Notes under the pieces: model-generated
Told to the model about the DNA's origin: nothing
Seen by the model: the letters and a program-made list of their open reading frames with translations, nothing else
Databases searched by the model: none
Program-made: the position numbers and the translations under genes
Shown here: positions 50,905 through 60,841 of the stretch, one piece after another
How positions within the stretch are numbered: the first letter of the stretch is position 1
How the letters are laid out: each line of letters opens with the position of its first letter
NCBI GenBank assembly: GCA_963668175.1
Contig: OY764159.1
Coordinates: 1,824,001 to 1,888,000, forward strand
Length of the DNA stretch: 64,000 nt
Direction: 5' to 3'
DNA from: Syntrophales bacterium
Lineage (GTDB): Bacteria; Desulfobacterota; Syntrophia; Syntrophales; PHBD01

Positions 50905-51665
50905 TCAGGAAAAAAGGACGTCCACGACGTCGCGGATATACTGCTCGTCGGTGATGCCGTAGGTTGTCTCTTCCGGGAAGGCGGCGAGGCCGCGGAAGTG
51001 GCCGGCGACGGCGGCATAGAGTTCCAGGCGCGCCTCCGGGAGCAACTGGTCCCCGCCGCAGCAGGGCGCGGACGGCGATGGAGGCCTCCTGCGGGGATGC
51101 AAGCTGCCGCAGGCGGGCGCAGAGATGGGGATGGGCCCGGAGGGAATTGAATTTCCCCGCCGTAAGCTGGCTCAAGTCGGGGTCGGCGAATTCGGGAATC
51201 CTGACGACGATGGTGTTTGCAACCACGTCGCCCAGCCGCTGGGCGCGTCTGCTTGAGAAGCAGACCGTGCCGCCGACGGCGTAGAGGACGGGCAGGCTGT
51301 CCACGAGACGCATCAGGTTGCGGATGACGACCTGGCTGAACCTGAGGCGGAGCCCCTGGACGTCCATGACCCGGAGCCGGCAGAGCTTCTTGCCCAGCGT
51401 CTGCCCGTGCCAGAGCCATTCCAGGGCCATGGCGTAGCCCACGGAAATGGCGAAACCGGCGAGGACCGTGGCGGCGCCGGCGAAATCGACGCTGATGAGC
51501 TTCACGGCGTTGAGGAGGATTCCCGCCGCCAGGGTGGCGGCGCCGATGCAGCCGATGTTCCACCGCCCAGGCCAGGAGCCGTGACACCGGTCCGGCGAGG
51601 ACGAGCGAAAAGACGATGCCTTCCGGCGTCCTGATGACGAGTCTGTGGTTCTTATCGGTCGTCAT
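50905..51665 (-). pseudogene. RDD family membrane protein with two apparent +1 frameshifts (or sequencing errors)
   Basis: IRTPEGIVFSLVLAGPVSRLLAWAV, then GQTLGKKLCRLRV...RNLMRLVD...QRLGDVVANTIVV, then DQLLPEARLELYA...VLFS, in three successive frames. Confidence 0.75.
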
Positions 51666-52659
51666 GCTTCTTCCTCTTCATGCCCGCGAGTCCCAGGAAA
51701 AGGACCAATGTGACGAACTCCGCGACGGCGAAACCCGTCTTGACGGCGTAAGGTATGACCGGCTCGTGATACTGGGAGAGGAAGGCCTCGATGAACCCCG
51801 CCCAGCAGAGAAGCAGCGCGATGCCGAAGACCATGGTGACGACGTCGGCGGAGACCCTCCGCAGACGCGTCATGAGCGGGACGCGCCTTCCCCAGCCGAT
51901 GAGCGCGGAGGCCAGGACGAGCCCCGTCTGGCCCGCCAGCAGGAACGCCGGAATCTCGAAGGCGCCGTGCGGCGAAAGCCACGCCAGAAGAAACGTCGCC
52001 TTGCCCGCCAGGATATAGTCAAGGGCCACCGCCCCGAGGATGACGCCGTTGTAGAAAAGGAGGATCACGGTGCCGATGCCGTAGGTGGCGCCCAGGCCGA
52101 TCATGAAGATGCTCACCTGCGTGTTGTGCGTGATGTAGAAGGCCGTGCCGCGCATCTTCTTGCCCGCCAGGCGGTCCTCCCCGCTCGACTCCTCCCGGGC
52201 CACGCGCTCTGCCGGCGAATCCTGCAGATGGGAGAAGGAGACGAGGACTTCCTTGGAGCCGGGATCGAAGACGATGGCGGCGCCGCCGAAAATGCAGCCC
52301 GCGAGGATGATCGCCGCCGCAAGGAGAAGTGCGACGTAGTGGCGGCGGACGGTCCGCGGGAAGCGGACAAAGAACCAGGCGAAAGGCGAAAAGCGGTGGG
52401 GCGTCGCCCGCGATTCCTGCACCTCCCCGTAGGCGCGGGCCACCAGGGATTCGAGATAGCGCCGGATCTCCGGTTCCGCCGCGAACGTCGTGATCCTGGC
52501 AAGGCCGGCGGAGGCGCGCTGGTAGAGATAGTGGAAGCGCTTGACCTCGTCGAGGGTCATCGCAAGCCCCGGTTCCTTCTCCAGGCGGTCGAGCGTCGCT
52601 TCCAGTTCCTTCCAGTAGACGCCTTCCTCTTTCAGAAACTTCTTGAGATCGACGATCAT
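51652..52659 (-). CDS. SpoIIM/DUF95 family membrane protein
   Basis: WKELE, LYQRASAGLA, YITHNTQV, LFYNGVILG, PHGAFEIPA, AGFIEAFLS. Confidence 0.85.
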   Translation of the reverse strand: MIVDLKKFLKEEGVYWKELEATLDRLEKEPGLAMTLDEVKRFHYLYQRASAGLARITTFAAEPEIRRYLESLVARAYGEVQESRATPHRFSPFAWFFVRFPRTVRRHYVALLLAAAIILAGCIFGGAAIVFDPGSKEVLVSFSHLQDSPAERVAREESSGEDRLAGKKMRGTAFYITHNTQVSIFMIGLGATYGIGTVILLFYNGVILGAVALDYILAGKATFLLAWLSPHGAFEIPAFLLAGQTGLVLASALIGWGRRVPLMTRLRRVSADVVTMVFGIALLLCWAGFIEAFLSQYHEPVIPYAVKTGFAVAEFVTLVLFLGLAGMKRKKHDDR

Positions 52660-54014
52660 AGGAGCTGCCTCTGTTTCACCGTCATGTACTGCGCGACCAC
52701 GTCCGTGCAGAACTTGTCGTGCTCGGGCAGGGAGAAATAGACACCCCGCAGGCGAAGCCTCTTCCGGATTTCCAGGAGGTCGTTCAGGGCGATGTGCCCG
52801 GCGAGGTCCCGGTAGATGTCGTCCAGGGAGCGCGCGGGTGGGCCGGAGAAGAGGCCCTGCATGCCGTCGGGCTTCATCATGTTGACGAGGACGACGTGCT
52901 TGCGATCGACAACCGCCACGTTCTTCAGGAAGCCCTCTGCAAGGACCGGGTCGTCGAGGCCCGTCAGGAAGATGACGAGCGCGCGCCGCCGGAGCCTCTC
53001 GCCGATGAAGGCGAAGAGGTCGTCGAAATCGGGATTGACCGTCCGGGGCTGCAGGGTATAGAGCGCGTCCCGGCAGGCGTTGAAATGGGCCTTGCCGCTT
53101 TTGGCCTTGACGAAGTGCCGTACCCGGCTGTCGAAGGCGACAAGTCCGAAGGCGTCGCCCTGGCGCTCGGCGATGAGGCCGACGATGAGGGCCGTATTGA
53201 TGTACCGTTCCAGGACGGTCTCGCCGCCCGCTTCAGGCTTCCGCCCGTCTTCCGGCGCGCGGCGGGAGGGGCGGGCGCTCAAGCGCGAGGCGTCGACGAC
53301 GACGTAAACCTCCTGCGTCCTTTCGATCTGGAAGACCTTGGTAATCGGGCGGCTTCTCCTCGCGGTCGCCTTCCAGTGGACGTGGTCGTAGCTGTCGCCG
53401 GGGACGTATTCCCGCAGCTTTTCGAATTCGCGCCCCTGGCCGATTTGCCGCTGGGCGTGGATGCCGGCCATTCCCCGGTTCAGGAAGTAGGCGGCAAGCG
53501 TTTTTCGCTCCGCGGCCAGGTTCGGGTAGACGCGGACTTCCATCGCTATCGCCTGCGATGCGCGGGCTGACCAGAAGCCTAAAGGCGAGGCCGTTTCGAA
53601 GTAGCAGCGGTCGAAGCGGTAATGGCCGCGGGCGCGGCCCGTCCACGGCCAGGAGAATGTGTGCGTAGCGCCGCCGCCGGGAACCTCCGCGTCGAACTCT
53701 TCCCTCCCGGGGACGACGGCGTCCGGGAAGGCGAAGCCGATGCGGACGGCCGCATGCTTCTTTCCGGCATTTTCCAGGGAGAACTCGACGGTCCCCTCCT
53801 TGTCCCGGGAGAGGCGCACCAAGGCCGGGAATGACGCCCTGATGCCCCGGCAGCGCTGCACGGCGAGCGCGCCGTCCGTCAATGCGATCAGGACGAAGAG
53901 GACGACGGCCCCCGCCGGGAGATTCGCCCCGGCGGCAAAGAAAGTACCGGCGAAAGCGAGGGGCGGAACGATCAGGGCGAACCAGTAAAGCAGTCTGTTC
54001 TGCGGATGGATCAT
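52656..54014 (-). CDS. DUF58 family protein (N-terminal TM, vWA-like C-terminus)
   Basis: VRVYPN, GREFEKLREYVPGDSYDHVHWKATAR, VVDASRLS, RRRALVIFLT. Confidence 0.88.
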   Translation of the reverse strand: MIHPQNRLLYWFALIVPPLAFAGTFFAAGANLPAGAVVLFVLIALTDGALAVQRCRGIRASFPALVRLSRDKEGTVEFSLENAGKKHAAVRIGFAFPDAVVPGREEFDAEVPGGGATHTFSWPWTGRARGHYRFDRCYFETASPLGFWSARASQAIAMEVRVYPNLAAERKTLAAYFLNRGMAGIHAQRQIGQGREFEKLREYVPGDSYDHVHWKATARRSRPITKVFQIERTQEVYVVVDASRLSARPSRRAPEDGRKPEAGGETVLERYINTALIVGLIAERQGDAFGLVAFDSRVRHFVKAKSGKAHFNACRDALYTLQPRTVNPDFDDLFAFIGERLRRRALVIFLTGLDDPVLAEGFLKNVAVVDRKHVVLVNMMKPDGMQGLFSGPPARSLDDIYRDLAGHIALNDLLEIRKRLRLRGVYFSLPEHDKFCTDVVAQYMTVKQRQLL

Positions 54015-54967
54015 CGGGGGACGCCTATCTTGTTAAGGATGTTACGGACGACCTCTTTTACGGTCATGCCTTCGATTTCGTATTCGGGCCGCAGGATCAG
54101 CCGGTGCTCCATGACGAAGACGGCGAGGTGCTTGACGTCGTCGGGGGTGACGAAGTCGCGCCCGTCGGAGGCCGCGTAGGCGCGGCTCGCCAGGAGGAGC
54201 GACTGGGTGGCCCGCGGCCCCGCGCCGACGAGGACGCTTTCGTGGGTGCGGGTCGCCCTGACGATGTCCACCATGTAGTCGATCAGTTCCGGGCGGATGA
54301 CGACGGCCTCAAGGTCGGTGCGCAGGGCGGGCAGGTCTTCCACGTCGACGACCTTCGCGACCCTGCCCGCGGCGAGGATGTCCTCGGGGGAGTCCTTGCC
54401 GGTCATGCGCTCCGCAAGCAGCCGTTCCTCGCTCTTGGCCGGGTAATCCATGACGGTCTTGAGCATGAAGCGGTCCTTCTGGGCCTCCGGCAGGGGGTAG
54501 GTGCCCTCGTACTCGATGGGGTTCTGCGTGGCGAAGACGGTGAAGTAGGGCGACAGCGGATAGGTCTCGCGGTCGATCGTCACCGCGCGCTCCTGCATGG
54601 CCTGGAGGAGCGCCGACTGCGTCTTGGCCGGGGCGCGGTTGATCTCGTCGGCGAGGAGGAAGGTCGTGAAGACCGGGCCCCTGGCGAGGAGAAATTCGTT
54701 CCGCTGCATGTTGAAGACGTTTGTGCCGGTAATGTCCGCCGGCATCAGGTCGGGCGTGAACTGGATGCGGTTGAACTCGCAGCCGAACACGCGCGCGAGC
54801 GTCCTCACGAGGAGGGTCTTGGCGACGCCCGGCACGCCTTCGATGAGGACGTGCTGGCCGGTGACGACGGCGATGAGGAGCTGGTTCACGGCCTCGTCCT
54901 GTCCGATGATGACCTTGGCCGCCTCCTGTTTGGCCGCCGCCAGGACGTTTTGAATGCGATCAATCAT
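54011..54967 (-). CDS. moxR: MoxR family AAA+ ATPase
   Basis: EGVPGVAKT, RIQFTPDLMPADITG, DEINRAPAKTQSALL, ATQNPIEYEGTYPLPEAQKDRF. Confidence 0.93.
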   Translation of the reverse strand: MIDRIQNVLAAAKQEAAKVIIGQDEAVNQLLIAVVTGQHVLIEGVPGVAKTLLVRTLARVFGCEFNRIQFTPDLMPADITGTNVFNMQRNEFLLARGPVFTTFLLADEINRAPAKTQSALLQAMQERAVTIDRETYPLSPYFTVFATQNPIEYEGTYPLPEAQKDRFMLKTVMDYPAKSEERLLAERMTGKDSPEDILAAGRVAKVVDVEDLPALRTDLEAVVIRPELIDYMVDIVRATRTHESVLVGAGPRATQSLLLASRAYAASDGRDFVTPDDVKHLAVFVMEHRLILRPEYEIEGMTVKEVVRNILNKIGVPR

Positions 54968-56255
54968 GGGTCTTCCTTTCTGCCAGTATTTTGGCCGCCG
55001 CCCGGTAGATGGCGACGATCTTGTCTTCCCCGGTCCTTTGGCCCTGCTGCGCCCGGATCAGCTTGCCGATCCGCTCCTTCTTTTCTCCCGCGCGCAGACG
55101 CCCTGTCCCGGCCGTCCGCTCCCATTCCGCGAGGCAGACCGTCAGGAGAGCCGAGGGTGAGACGGTCCGCCGGAGGATGCCCGCGAATCCGGAGATGTAG
55201 TCCCGGCCCGCGGCCGTCTCGCCTTCCTCCCCGTTTTCGCGGCCGGAAGCCGTGGGGACGAGGCTGAAGGCGTTTTTCCAGATGAAGAGCAGGCCCAGGA
55301 CCAGCACGGCGGCGCCGAGGCCTTCGAGCCGGTATTCGCGGAAGAGGGAAACGACGCCCTTGTTTTCGCGGATGCCCAGGTGCGTTTCGTCGAAGACGAT
55401 TTTCTTGTTGGCGCCCGCGAGCCAGGCGAGCAGCTCCGGGTGCCTCTCGCCCGCCATCGCCTCGTTGCTGGCGAAGAAGGAGTCGGTGGCGATGACGATG
55501 CTCCCGCGGCCGAACTTCCTTTCGGCCATGACGGTGCGGCCGTCCCTGATGCAGACGGGCGTCCAGACGCCGCCCTCTCCGGAGAGGTGGCTGTCTGCGT
55601 GCCATGTGAGACCCGACGGCAGAACGGCGGCGAAGCCCGCGGCGGGCAGGGCCTGCGGCGGCGGCGATCCGGAGGCCGCGTGAGCCAGATCGAACTTCCA
55701 GCGCTTCCGAAGATCGACGGGGCGGAGTGCTTTTTTGTCTTTCTTTATTTCCGGTTTCTCGGATTTTGCCTGGTTGGCGGATTCTTCCGGACTGGCAGGT
55801 TCTTCCCGTTTGGCGGCCTCTTCCTTCCCGGCGGGCTTTTCTGTGTCTTCCATGTCGTCGTCGTTGTTGTCGTTGTCCCGTTCCACCGGCGGGCCTGCGT
55901 CGGGAAGGAGACAGAAGACGAGGCGGCCGCCGCCTGCGGCGATCCGCTCCAGGGCTCTTACATCCCTCTCCTGCATGGCGCTCAGCATATGCGCGCTCAG
56001 GCCGAAATAGAAAAACGTGGCCCGTTCGGCGCCGGCAATGCGGTCTTCGTCGCCATAGTTGCGTTCCATGTCGATCCCCGGCAGGCCGCCCAGGCTTTCG
56101 TACAGGACCTTGGTTCCCAGGGGGTCGGACCGGAGCGACGAATAGGGCGGGTAGACGTCTCCGGCGGAGAAGCGCAGGGCAAAGAGCCGGGCGATGCCGG
56201 CGGCAAAGGCCAGCAGGACGATGAGAAGGAGGATGGTCTTATAGTTGGTTCGCAA
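54960..56255 (-). CDS. DUF4350-like membrane-anchored protein
   Basis: N-terminal TM, YSSLRSDPLGTKVLYESL, GGRLV, GRGSIVI...FASNEAM, IVFDETHLG, second TM; TTG start. Confidence 0.7.
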   Translation of the reverse strand: MRTNYKTILLLIVLLAFAAGIARLFALRFSAGDVYPPYSSLRSDPLGTKVLYESLGGLPGIDMERNYGDEDRIAGAERATFFYFGLSAHMLSAMQERDVRALERIAAGGGRLVFCLLPDAGPPVERDNDNNDDDMEDTEKPAGKEEAAKREEPASPEESANQAKSEKPEIKKDKKALRPVDLRKRWKFDLAHAASGSPPPQALPAAGFAAVLPSGLTWHADSHLSGEGGVWTPVCIRDGRTVMAERKFGRGSIVIATDSFFASNEAMAGERHPELLAWLAGANKKIVFDETHLGIRENKGVVSLFREYRLEGLGAAVLVLGLLFIWKNAFSLVPTASGRENGEEGETAAGRDYISGFAGILRRTVSPSALLTVCLAEWERTAGTGRLRAGEKKERIGKLIRAQQGQRTGEDKIVAIYRAAAKILAERKTHD

Positions 56256-57933
56256 CGGCCGTTATCCTCGACTGGTTTTCCTTGAAGGTCCGGACCGTAT
56301 CGGCGGTCGCCTCGTGCGCGCCGTACCAGATGCCTTCAAAGAGGTGCATGTTGCCGGAAAAGGCGGCCAGGAGCTCGGGGGCGTGATGCGCCTTGCGGTA
56401 AAGCTCCCGTTCGTATTCCCGGTTGGACTTGAAACGGGCGATGACGATGGCGTTCCTTCGGGCGAGGAGCGCCAGGATCGCCAGGAAGTAAGCACGGAGA
56501 GCCGACCGCATGTCGCCTTTGGACGCGAAGTCGTCTCCCATCCTCATCCAGCCGTCGGCCGGCAGCTCGTCCGCCTGGGTCTCCTCCTTCGTGATGTCCG
56601 GTGCGGATGCGGCCAGGGGCAGGGCCGCTGCGGGCTTTTCGGTCCGCCTGCTCCTGTAGACGCGCCAGAGGACAAACAGCAGGAACGCCGCGGCTGCGGC
56701 GATCAGGGCCAGAAGGGCGATGCGGAGCGGCTCGATCCAGCCGCCCTCCGCTTTCTTTTCCGCATGCGACGGCATGAGCCAGCCGAGGATTCTCTCGGCG
56801 AGCCAGTTGAGGGCCTTGTTGATCCATTTGCCCGCGGGCCGCAGCCAGTCCTTGAGCGTGTCCTTCACGGCCGCAAGGAACCGGCCGACGATTCCCTGCT
56901 CTTCTTCGGGGACGATCTTCTCCTTGGGCATCCGCCAGCTGTACTCCCTCTTGGCGATGACCTCCCGGATGGAACGGTCCAAGTCAGACGCGGCGACGGC
57001 GGACGGGGCGATGGCGGACGAGGCCGTCTGCACGGCCGCCGCAGCGACGGCACGCTCCCCGGCGGCGGCATCGACCGTCCCGCCGAAGGCGAGGGCCCCA
57101 AAAAGAAGGATAACCGCGGCGGCCTTCGCCGCCTCCCTGATCTTTGCCAGTTCGACCGTGAGGTCGGCCCCGGTTTTGAGGGATTCGCCGTAGAAGGAAC
57201 GCAGGACAAAGACGGCCCTGGCCAGGGGATTTGTCAGCAGGTACGTGACGGCGGCGGCCGTCATGAGCAGGGTCGTGTTGAGCATGCCCCAGGATGCCCG
57301 CGAGAAGTCGGTCTCGATGCCCAGAAACGTGCTGAGCATGGCGGGCGCAAGATAGATGATCGTTCCGCAGTTGAGAAAAACGACGATGCCCAGAAGGGAA
57401 TAGATCATGACGAAGATATGGGCCTGCGCGGGAAACAGCCCGGCTTCCCGCCACGCCTGCCGGGAGACGTCGCGGATATCCGCAGCCGCTCCTTCCGCCG
57501 CGGATGCGTGATGGAAGTATGCATAGACCCGGACGAAGGGCAGCATCAGGGCGGACGCGACGGGCAGGGCGACGAAGGCGAAGGGTTGAATGGCCGTCTG
57601 TACGGCGATCAGGCGCAGGATGCGCCTTGCCGTCCAGGCCGGCGGGGTCTGGCCCAGGAGATCGGCCTTGAGGCGGATGCAGAAGGCGGCCTGCCAGCAT
57701 TTCATCCAGATATAGAGGACGGTCAGGGAGAAGGCGGCCTTGGCGGCGTATTGGTGGGCGAAGGCGCCGCGGCTCATGTCCGCCCAGAAATAAAGAAAGG
57801 CGAGGACAAAGGGGAGGCTTCCCGCGTAGTAGAGGCCCAGCGTCCCGGCCGGAAGCAGGCGCAGCATCCGGGTCGCTTCCTCGATGATGTCGATGGCCCC
57901 TTTCTCGTCGGCCCGGTCTTTCCTTGTCTTCAT
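56239..57933 (-). CDS. Multi-TM protein with C-terminal DUF4129-like domain
   Basis: Several TM helices; C-terminal GDMRSALRAYFLAIL...KSNREYEREL...FEGIWYG. Confidence 0.75.
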   Translation of the reverse strand: MKTRKDRADEKGAIDIIEEATRMLRLLPAGTLGLYYAGSLPFVLAFLYFWADMSRGAFAHQYAAKAAFSLTVLYIWMKCWQAAFCIRLKADLLGQTPPAWTARRILRLIAVQTAIQPFAFVALPVASALMLPFVRVYAYFHHASAAEGAAADIRDVSRQAWREAGLFPAQAHIFVMIYSLLGIVVFLNCGTIIYLAPAMLSTFLGIETDFSRASWGMLNTTLLMTAAAVTYLLTNPLARAVFVLRSFYGESLKTGADLTVELAKIREAAKAAAVILLFGALAFGGTVDAAAGERAVAAAAVQTASSAIAPSAVAASDLDRSIREVIAKREYSWRMPKEKIVPEEEQGIVGRFLAAVKDTLKDWLRPAGKWINKALNWLAERILGWLMPSHAEKKAEGGWIEPLRIALLALIAAAAAFLLFVLWRVYRSRRTEKPAAALPLAASAPDITKEETQADELPADGWMRMGDDFASKGDMRSALRAYFLAILALLARRNAIVIARFKSNREYERELYRKAHHAPELLAAFSGNMHLFEGIWYGAHEATADTVRTFKENQSRITAVANQL

Positions 57934-58256
57934 CGTCCGCTCGGCTTCGTGGTGTTCCAGATCGTCCCTTCATGGAAGGGCACCGGGATGGAAAGCAGGG
58001 CCTCGCCCAGGTAGTAGAAGAAGAGCCATGCCGTTACAAAACCCGCGAGGCACCGGCCGATGATCTTGACGTGGCGCAGGTGCAGCCGCCGGCTGCGGGG
58101 CTTCGCCAGGAGTTTTTCCAGGCACTGGGCGCAGAGCATGCGGCCGTCGTGCTCCGTCACGCATTCGCGGCAGTAATGCTTCCGGCACTCGGGGCATACG
58201 GCCGCCGCCTCCCGCTCGGGATGATGGAAGCAGCGGCTGGATGTTATGCTATTCAT
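57930..58256 (-). CDS. B-box-like zinc-finger membrane protein
   Basis: CFHHPEREAAAVCPECRKHYCRECVTEHDGRMLCAQCL followed by one TM; overlaps both neighbours. Confidence 0.78.
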   Translation of the reverse strand: MNSITSSRCFHHPEREAAAVCPECRKHYCRECVTEHDGRMLCAQCLEKLLAKPRSRRLHLRHVKIIGRCLAGFVTAWLFFYYLGEALLSIPVPFHEGTIWNTTKPSGR

Positions 58257-58776
58257 GGACGATCTCCGCTGTGGGCGGGCCGGCGGTCGGGCTTTCGGCC
58301 GCGGATGGGGACGATTCCTGGCTTGCCTCGATGAGGGGCGCGATGATGGCGATGGCCTTCCGGGCCGTGCGGACGCGCCTCCACGAATAGATCTCTTCCG
58401 CGCTGACCTCCGTGTGGAGCCGGCAGATGCACGTCGGCCCCAGGGCAACATGGATCACGAAGAAGAGGAAAAAGGCGGCGGCGGCGATCCAGTAGGCGTA
58501 TTGGAAGGGTCCGTCGTCGTACCCCGAGTTGGCGCAGATGAACGCGAGAAGCGGCAGGATCAGACTCCAGATGAGGAACCGCTTCGTCTTGCGGATCGTG
58601 ACGGCCTGGATGTCCCGGTAATAGAACCTCTTGTAGTCCTCCGTGTAGCCCGTCGAAAGCTGGAAGAGCAGGTGGTCCCCGCCCATCCAGACCCGCGCCC
58701 GGGCCCGGACGACGTCGAGAAAGGCCCGGCGCTTCATCCCTCTTCCCGGCAATTTTTTATACTCTTTTTCCGCCAT
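58249..58776 (-). CDS. Hypothetical two-TM protein
   Basis: MAEKEYKKLPG...GYTEDYKRFYYRDIQA then two hydrophobic helices; within the operon. Confidence 0.75.
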   Translation of the reverse strand: MAEKEYKKLPGRGMKRRAFLDVVRARARVWMGGDHLLFQLSTGYTEDYKRFYYRDIQAVTIRKTKRFLIWSLILPLLAFICANSGYDDGPFQYAYWIAAAAFFLFFVIHVALGPTCICRLHTEVSAEEIYSWRRVRTARKAIAIIAPLIEASQESSPSAAESPTAGPPTAEIVHE

Positions 58777-58796
58777 GATCCGATGCCCGCCTTTCT

Positions 58797-59372
58797 TCAA
58801 AAACCGGTCCAGAGGCCGGTGATGATAAAGACCCATCCGGCGATCTGCAGGCCGGAGAGAATCATGGCCGCAACGAGGCGGCCCTTCGTCCGGGGGATGA
58901 TGCTGGTCGGCTTGTTCCAGTATTTGATGGACATATAGAAAGCGATGGGCGCCGTGACGATCGTAAAGATATAGATGAGGAGCGGCAGGACGGCGACGGC
59001 CAGGGCGATGTTGTCGTAGAGGACGCGGTGCGTTTCCAGATTCCTGATCTTCTTTTTGCTTTTCCCGGCTTCCAGGCAGGAGGCGCACATATGGCCGCCG
59101 TTGAAGTCGATATCGCAGAGTTTGCACAGGTAACGGCCGCAGGAATCGCACGCCACGACGGCCTTCTTGCCGGGATGGAAGAAGCAGCCGGCCTCGTCGG
59201 CCAGGCCGATGTCCTCCGCGGCCTGGGGGTCCTGCTTCCTGTCCCAGGCGGGAAAGGTCCGGACCTGTGTCGGTGCCCCGCAGGACGGGCAGTCGGCGAA
59301 ATCGGGCCGGTTGAACAGCTCCGGCGGCAGCGGTGCTTCACACTTGGAGCAGGGGAGGGGATGGTCGTTCAT
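58797..59372 (-). CDS. Zinc-ribbon plus B-box-like zinc-finger membrane protein
   Basis: CSKC...CPSC, then CFFHPGKKAVVACDSCGRYLCKLCDIDFNGGHMCASCL, then two TM segments. Confidence 0.8.
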   Translation of the reverse strand: MNDHPLPCSKCEAPLPPELFNRPDFADCPSCGAPTQVRTFPAWDRKQDPQAAEDIGLADEAGCFFHPGKKAVVACDSCGRYLCKLCDIDFNGGHMCASCLEAGKSKKKIRNLETHRVLYDNIALAVAVLPLLIYIFTIVTAPIAFYMSIKYWNKPTSIIPRTKGRLVAAMILSGLQIAGWVFIITGLWTGF

Positions 59373-59373
59373 C

Positions 59374-59958
59374 TTATGCTTTCCTGTTCAGAATGACGCG
59401 TGTATTGCATACGCGGTCGTGAAGGGCCCGCTTTTCGTCGTCGAAGCCGACCATGAGATAGCCGATGCAGAGGATCACGCCGCTCAGGAATTTCCCGAAG
59501 ACGCGGCCCAGGGCCTTCATGTAGGAAACCCTGCTCCCGTCGGGGCTGACCACCTTGATCCGGCAGGCCATCTTGCCCGGCGTGGCGCCGAATTTCCCGA
59601 CGAAAACGGTCTCGTAACCGATGGCGATGGCGTATTGCAGAAGCACCAGAAGCCAGTAGAGACCGAGGGCGTTCGGCTCCGGAGGACCGAAGAACGGCAT
59701 TCCGAAAGCAAGGAAAATCGCTATATTAACGATATAGAGAATGATGTAATCGACGATCTGCGCCCCGAAGCGTATCCAGAAGCCGGCATAGGCGAATCCG
59801 ACGGGGAGGGCGGCGCCCTCCTTCAGCTTCTGGAAGAAGGCCTGTTTGCACGACGCGCAGATTTTCGCATCGCCGTACGTGATCAGTTCGCTCTCGGGAT
59901 AGGGCATTCCGCAATCGGAACATCGTGACGGTTCGGTGCCGGGGGAAATGGGGTCCAT
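59374..59958 (-). CDS. RDD family protein with N-terminal zinc finger (copy 1)
   Basis: CSDC...CASC; YAGFWIRFGAQIVD, GATPGKMACRIKV, KRALHDRVCNTRV. Confidence 0.9.
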   Translation of the reverse strand: MDPISPGTEPSRCSDCGMPYPESELITYGDAKICASCKQAFFQKLKEGAALPVGFAYAGFWIRFGAQIVDYIILYIVNIAIFLAFGMPFFGPPEPNALGLYWLLVLLQYAIAIGYETVFVGKFGATPGKMACRIKVVSPDGSRVSYMKALGRVFGKFLSGVILCIGYLMVGFDDEKRALHDRVCNTRVILNRKA

Positions 59959-60006
59959 GATTCCTCCTCTCTTCGTCGTTGGGTTTCCGCTGTTCAGACG
60001 CGTAAA

Positions 60007-60035
60007 GAAATAAGAGAATAAAGACCGTATGTCAA
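60007..60035 (-). promoter_or_regulatory. Putative sigma70 promoter (copy 1)
   Basis: TTGACA-N17-TATTTC; conserved upstream of the duplicate gene. Confidence 0.45.
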
Positions 60036-60222
60036 GCTGATAGTAAGTTTTCCGTGACCGATGTCACGGGGAATATGGAAATCCCGTCGCCGCCATGCGG
60101 GATCGGTCCGGCGTCGCATCGGCGGACCCGGGGCGGGCCATCGGCAGGGCCGGACCGGTTGCGTTGCTCCGGCTTCTGCGATGCCTCGAAATGGCGGCAG
60201 GGCACCGGGGCTGCAATCCATC

Positions 60223-60795
60223 TTATGTTTTACTTGTCCGTATCACGCGCGTCTTGCACATGCGATCGTGAAGGGCCCGCTTTTCGACGTCGAAGCCGGC
60301 CATGATGTAGCCGATGTTCAGGGTCAGGCTGCTCAGGAATTTCCCGAAGAAGCGGCCCAGGGCTTTCAAGTATGACACCCTGCTCCCGTCGGGATTGACC
60401 ACCTTGAGCCGGCAGACCATTTTCCCCGGCGTGGCGCCGAACTTCCCTGTAAAAAAAATCTCGTAGAAAGGCCAGAATGCGCTTAGAAGTAAAATCCAAA
60501 CCCAGTAAATACCGGAGAATTCCGGCGGACCTTGTGATTCGAAAAATACATCGTCGATGGCCCTGAAGGTCGCGAAAATGGTGAAATCGATGGTCTGCGC
60601 AACAGCGCGTATCCAGAAGCCTGCATAGTCAAGGCTACCGGGGAGGACCGCGCCCTCCTTCAGTCTCTGGAAGAAGGCCTGTTTGCACGACGCGCAGATT
60701 CGGTCGTCGCCGTACGGGATCAACTCGCTTTCGGGATAGGGCATCCCGCAATCGGAACATTTTGACAGCTCGGCGGCCGGGGATACGGTGTCCAT
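60223..60795 (-). CDS. RDD family protein with N-terminal zinc finger (copy 2, tandem paralogue)
   Basis: CSDCGMPYPESELIPYGDDRICASCK; YAGFWIRAVAQTID; KRALHDRMCKTRV; ATG follows GAGGAGG. Confidence 0.9.
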   Translation of the reverse strand: MDTVSPAAELSKCSDCGMPYPESELIPYGDDRICASCKQAFFQRLKEGAVLPGSLDYAGFWIRAVAQTIDFTIFATFRAIDDVFFESQGPPEFSGIYWVWILLLSAFWPFYEIFFTGKFGATPGKMVCRLKVVNPDGSRVSYLKALGRFFGKFLSSLTLNIGYIMAGFDVEKRALHDRMCKTRVIRTSKT

Positions 60796-60841
60796 GGCTC
60801 CTCCTCTCTTTTCATCCGTAAGATGTGATAAAATTTGTAAA

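Noticed and set aside
689..58014. Many long antisense or alternate-frame ORFs (e.g. 689-2611, 7528-9096, 21712-23484, 44655-46607, 56245-58014)
   Set aside because: They shadow well-supported genes in GC-rich DNA and carry no recognisable motifs.
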